27,600 bases of DNA from Pedosphaera sp. Its GTDB lineage: Bacteria; Verrucomicrobiota; Verrucomicrobiia; Limisphaerales; SIBH01. The stretch is taken from the NCBI GenBank assembly GCA_031414955.1, contig JANOQV010000295.1:1-27600 (forward strand). Direction: 5' to 3'. Position 1 is the first letter of the stretch; each line of letters opens with the position of its first letter. Both the position numbers and the translations under genes were made by a program. Below the pieces are notes generated by a model. The model did no database searches. It was not told where the DNA came from and saw only the letters and a list, made by a program, of their open reading frames with translations. Below are positions 25,353-27,600 of this stretch, in pieces.

Positions 25353-26108
25353 ATGCCGTACGCCGTGCTGCAAACCGAACTGGGCCAACCGACCATCGAA
25401 CAGATGGCGCGCGCGTTTCGCTCTGTTCCCGGCCTGACACCTGCCGACGCGCACATCCTCGGTAATGATGCCTTTGGCATCCTGGTGAAGAATTTCAGCA
25501 GTCAGCAGGCACTGGCGATGCAAGGCGCGCTGCGAGCGGAGGGCGTGGAAACGGAGATCGTGAATCAGGCACTGCTTCCAGTTTTGCCGGCCAAACACAT
25601 TGTTCACCGGCTCGACTGCACTCTGGAGCATCTGCTGATCTACGATCCGGCGGGCCGGAGCTTCGCCCTGGACTGGCGTCACCTCACGCTCATCACTGCT
25701 GGCGCGGTGCGGCTCACGGAGTTTGTGCGGGAACGACAGCGACGCGAGAAAATCAGCTACACAGGAAACGGGCTGCCTTTTCGCGATGTCGATTACGACA
25801 TGGTGTCGCGCGAGGAGCAGAACTACCATCTGCTCGCCGAGATTTTTGTGGCGGGCGGGACGCTCCGCTACAGCCTTCAGGCGGACAAGTTCAACTTTGA
25901 CTGCCTCGGCCCGCGCAAGGTGCAGGAGACAGCGGCGAATTTCGCACTGTTCGTCCGCGACCTTGTCCAGCTCGCCACGGGCGCGGCCCTGAATCGTGGA
26001 GCCGAGGCCATCCAGAAAGGCGACTCCATTGGGTTTACCTATCCGAGCCAGAATGCCTTCTACGAGGAGATCGTCTGGTCGCTGTGGCAGTTGAAAAAAG
26101 TATCATGA
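25353..26108 (+). CDS. hypothetical protein (251 aa)
   Basis: Clean ORF with native-like codon usage. Its stop overlaps the next start codon (ATGA at 26105-26108). Confidence 0.8.
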   Translation: MPYAVLQTELGQPTIEQMARAFRSVPGLTPADAHILGNDAFGILVKNFSSQQALAMQGALRAEGVETEIVNQALLPVLPAKHIVHRLDCTLEHLLIYDPAGRSFALDWRHLTLITAGAVRLTEFVRERQRREKISYTGNGLPFRDVDYDMVSREEQNYHLLAEIFVAGGTLRYSLQADKFNFDCLGPRKVQETAANFALFVRDLVQLATGAALNRGAEAIQKGDSIGFTYPSQNAFYEEIVWSLWQLKKVS

Positions 26109-27600
26109 GAATCTTCTTCCTCGGAATTGCACTCGCTGTTTTCCCAGCGTGGCTCAGCGCAGCAGCCCAACCCAAACCAACGCGCGTCCCGCCGCCTGGG
26201 ATCACCATCACGGAAAAGGACCGGGCTGAACTGCGGTCGGGCGCGGAGGTGCTGGCGAAAGAGATCGCCGCGCTGCGCACCGCGAAGAGGAGTGAGTTGC
26301 TGCCCGATGTGGAAATCTTCCACAAGGCGGTGGACTGGGCGCTGCGCTACGACGAGTTCTACCGCAGTAACGAGGTGGGACTTGCGCGCGGCCTGCTGAA
26401 GACCGGGATGGAGCGCGCGACACAATTGCGCGAAGGCAAACCGGCCTGGCTCTCCGCGACCGGTCTGGTCGTGCGCGGCTACCGGTCAAAGATCGATGGC
26501 TCAGTTCAACCTTACGGCCTGGTCGTGCCGGCGACCTTCGCCACGGACAAGGGCAAGCCGCGTCGCCTCGATGTCTGGCTCCATGGCCGGGACAACAACC
26601 TGACCGAATTGAAATTCATCGCCGACCGGCAGCGTTCTTACGGCGAGTTCACGCCCGCAGACGCCTTTGTCCTGCATCCCTATGGGCGCTATTGCAATGC
26701 CTTCAAGTTCGCCGGCGAGACGGATGTGTTCGAGGCGCTCGACCATGTGAAGCGTTCCTATGCCATCGACGACCGGCGACTTGCACTGCGCGGCTTCTCG
26801 ATGGGCGGCGCGGGTGCGTGGCACTTGGGCGCACATCATCCCGACGTGTGGGCCGTGGTCGCGCCGGGCGCGGGCTTCGCCGAGACGGCGGAATACACGA
26901 AGGCCAACCGCGCCAGCATTCCGGCCTGGGAGCAAAAGCTCTGGCAACTTTACGACGCCACGGATTACGCGATGAACTTCGCCAACGGGCCGGTCATTTC
27001 CTACGCCGGCCTGCAAGACCCACAGCGGCAGAGCGGCGACGTGATGGAACGTGCGATGCGCGCCGAGGGTCTGAAGCTCCCGCGCGTCTGGGGCACGAAC
27101 GTCGGGCACAAATACACACCGGAGGGGAAGCAGGAAGTCAGCGCGTTCGTGGACACGGTGACCGCGCGCGGCAAGGAGACAGATCCGGCAAAGATTCACC
27201 TCACCACTCGCACCCTCCGCTACAACAAGGCCTCGACCGTGGAGGTGCTCGGGCTGGAAAAACACTGGGAGCGCGCGGACATCGACTTCGATGCTGGGGA
27301 TGGGCGGCATTGGAAGCTCACGACCACAAACGTGTCGGCATTTCATATCAGGCGGCACGGCCGAGTCGCACCAGAGTCAATTGTCGTGGACGGGCAATCG
27401 ACTCGCGGCAGTTTCATTTATAGCGGCTACGGCGAAGGCTCGCTTTCTTTTGTGTTCCAGAAAGGCAGTGACGGAAAGTGGGGATCGCAAGGGGCCGCCT
27501 CGACGCTGCTGAAATCGCCAGGCCTCCAAGGCCCCATCGACGACGCATTCATGGACAGCTTCCTCATCGTGCGCCCGACCGGGAGACCGCAGAACGCATC
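26105..27600 (+). CDS. secreted prolyl oligopeptidase-family / alpha-beta hydrolase, runs off the window end
   Basis: Manual translation: MRIFFLGIALAVFPAWLSA (signal), GLVVRGYRSKIDGSVQPYGLVVP, LDVWLHGR, HPYGRYCNAFKFAGETDVFEA, GFSMGG nucleophile motif, GLQGPIDDAFMDSFLIVRPTG. Absent from the ORF track because no stop is reached. Confidence 0.9.
   Translation, partial: MRIFFLGIALAVFPAWLSAAAQPKPTRVPPPGITITEKDRAELRSGAEVLAKEIAALRTAKRSELLPDVEIFHKAVDWALRYDEFYRSNEVGLARGLLKTGMERATQLREGKPAWLSATGLVVRGYRSKIDGSVQPYGLVVPATFATDKGKPRRLDVWLHGRDNNLTELKFIADRQRSYGEFTPADAFVLHPYGRYCNAFKFAGETDVFEALDHVKRSYAIDDRRLALRGFSMGGAGAWHLGAHHPDVWAVVAPGAGFAETAEYTKANRASIPAWEQKLWQLYDATDYAMNFANGPVISYAGLQDPQRQSGDVMERAMRAEGLKLPRVWGTNVGHKYTPEGKQEVSAFVDTVTARGKETDPAKIHLTTRTLRYNKASTVEVLGLEKHWERADIDFDAGDGRHWKLTTTNVSAFHIRRHGRVAPESIVVDGQSTRGSFIYSGYGEGSLSFVFQKGSDGKWGSQGAASTLLKSPGLQGPIDDAFMDSFLIVRPTGRPQNA

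Noticed and set aside
22949..25465. 838-aa plus-strand ORF
   Set aside because: Antisense shadow of the esterase gene; Arg/His/Val-rich composition typical of high-GC antisense frames, and it runs through a repeat.
1..27600. CRISPR array, IS transposase, integrase or prophage
   Set aside because: No regularly spaced direct repeats with unique spacers, and no DDE, Y1, tyrosine/serine recombinase or phage structural motifs seen.

Overview
High-GC bacterial chromosomal segment. The gene families (PSD1/DUF1549/DUF1553 cytochrome protein plus DUF1501, CBM9-like protein, Tat-exported TIM-barrel isomerase, secreted hydrolases) point to the PVC superphylum, most likely Verrucomicrobia; this is an inference. 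About 20 protein genes are supportable, including a DUF4912 gene and a GH57 (DUF1957) branching-enzyme gene, ugd, mutT, a rhomboid protease, an LVIVD-repeat protein, an HNH nuclease, and a 3'-truncated peptidase missing from the ORF track. No tRNA, rRNA, CRISPR array or transposase was recognised. Points of most interest: (i) an AT-richer cassette (Imm49-like orphan, perfect nested palindrome, leaderless RelBE-type toxin-antitoxin pair) lodged between the DUF4912 and GH57 genes; (ii) a probable unannotated small RNA with an orphan terminator near 2.7-2.8 kb; (iii) an HNH gene with a near-consensus promoter and fold-back sequence on both sides; (iv) several families of REP-like and heptamer palindromic repeats, some nested in each other or recruited into coding sequence. 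All product calls come from motif recognition by eye, not from database searches.
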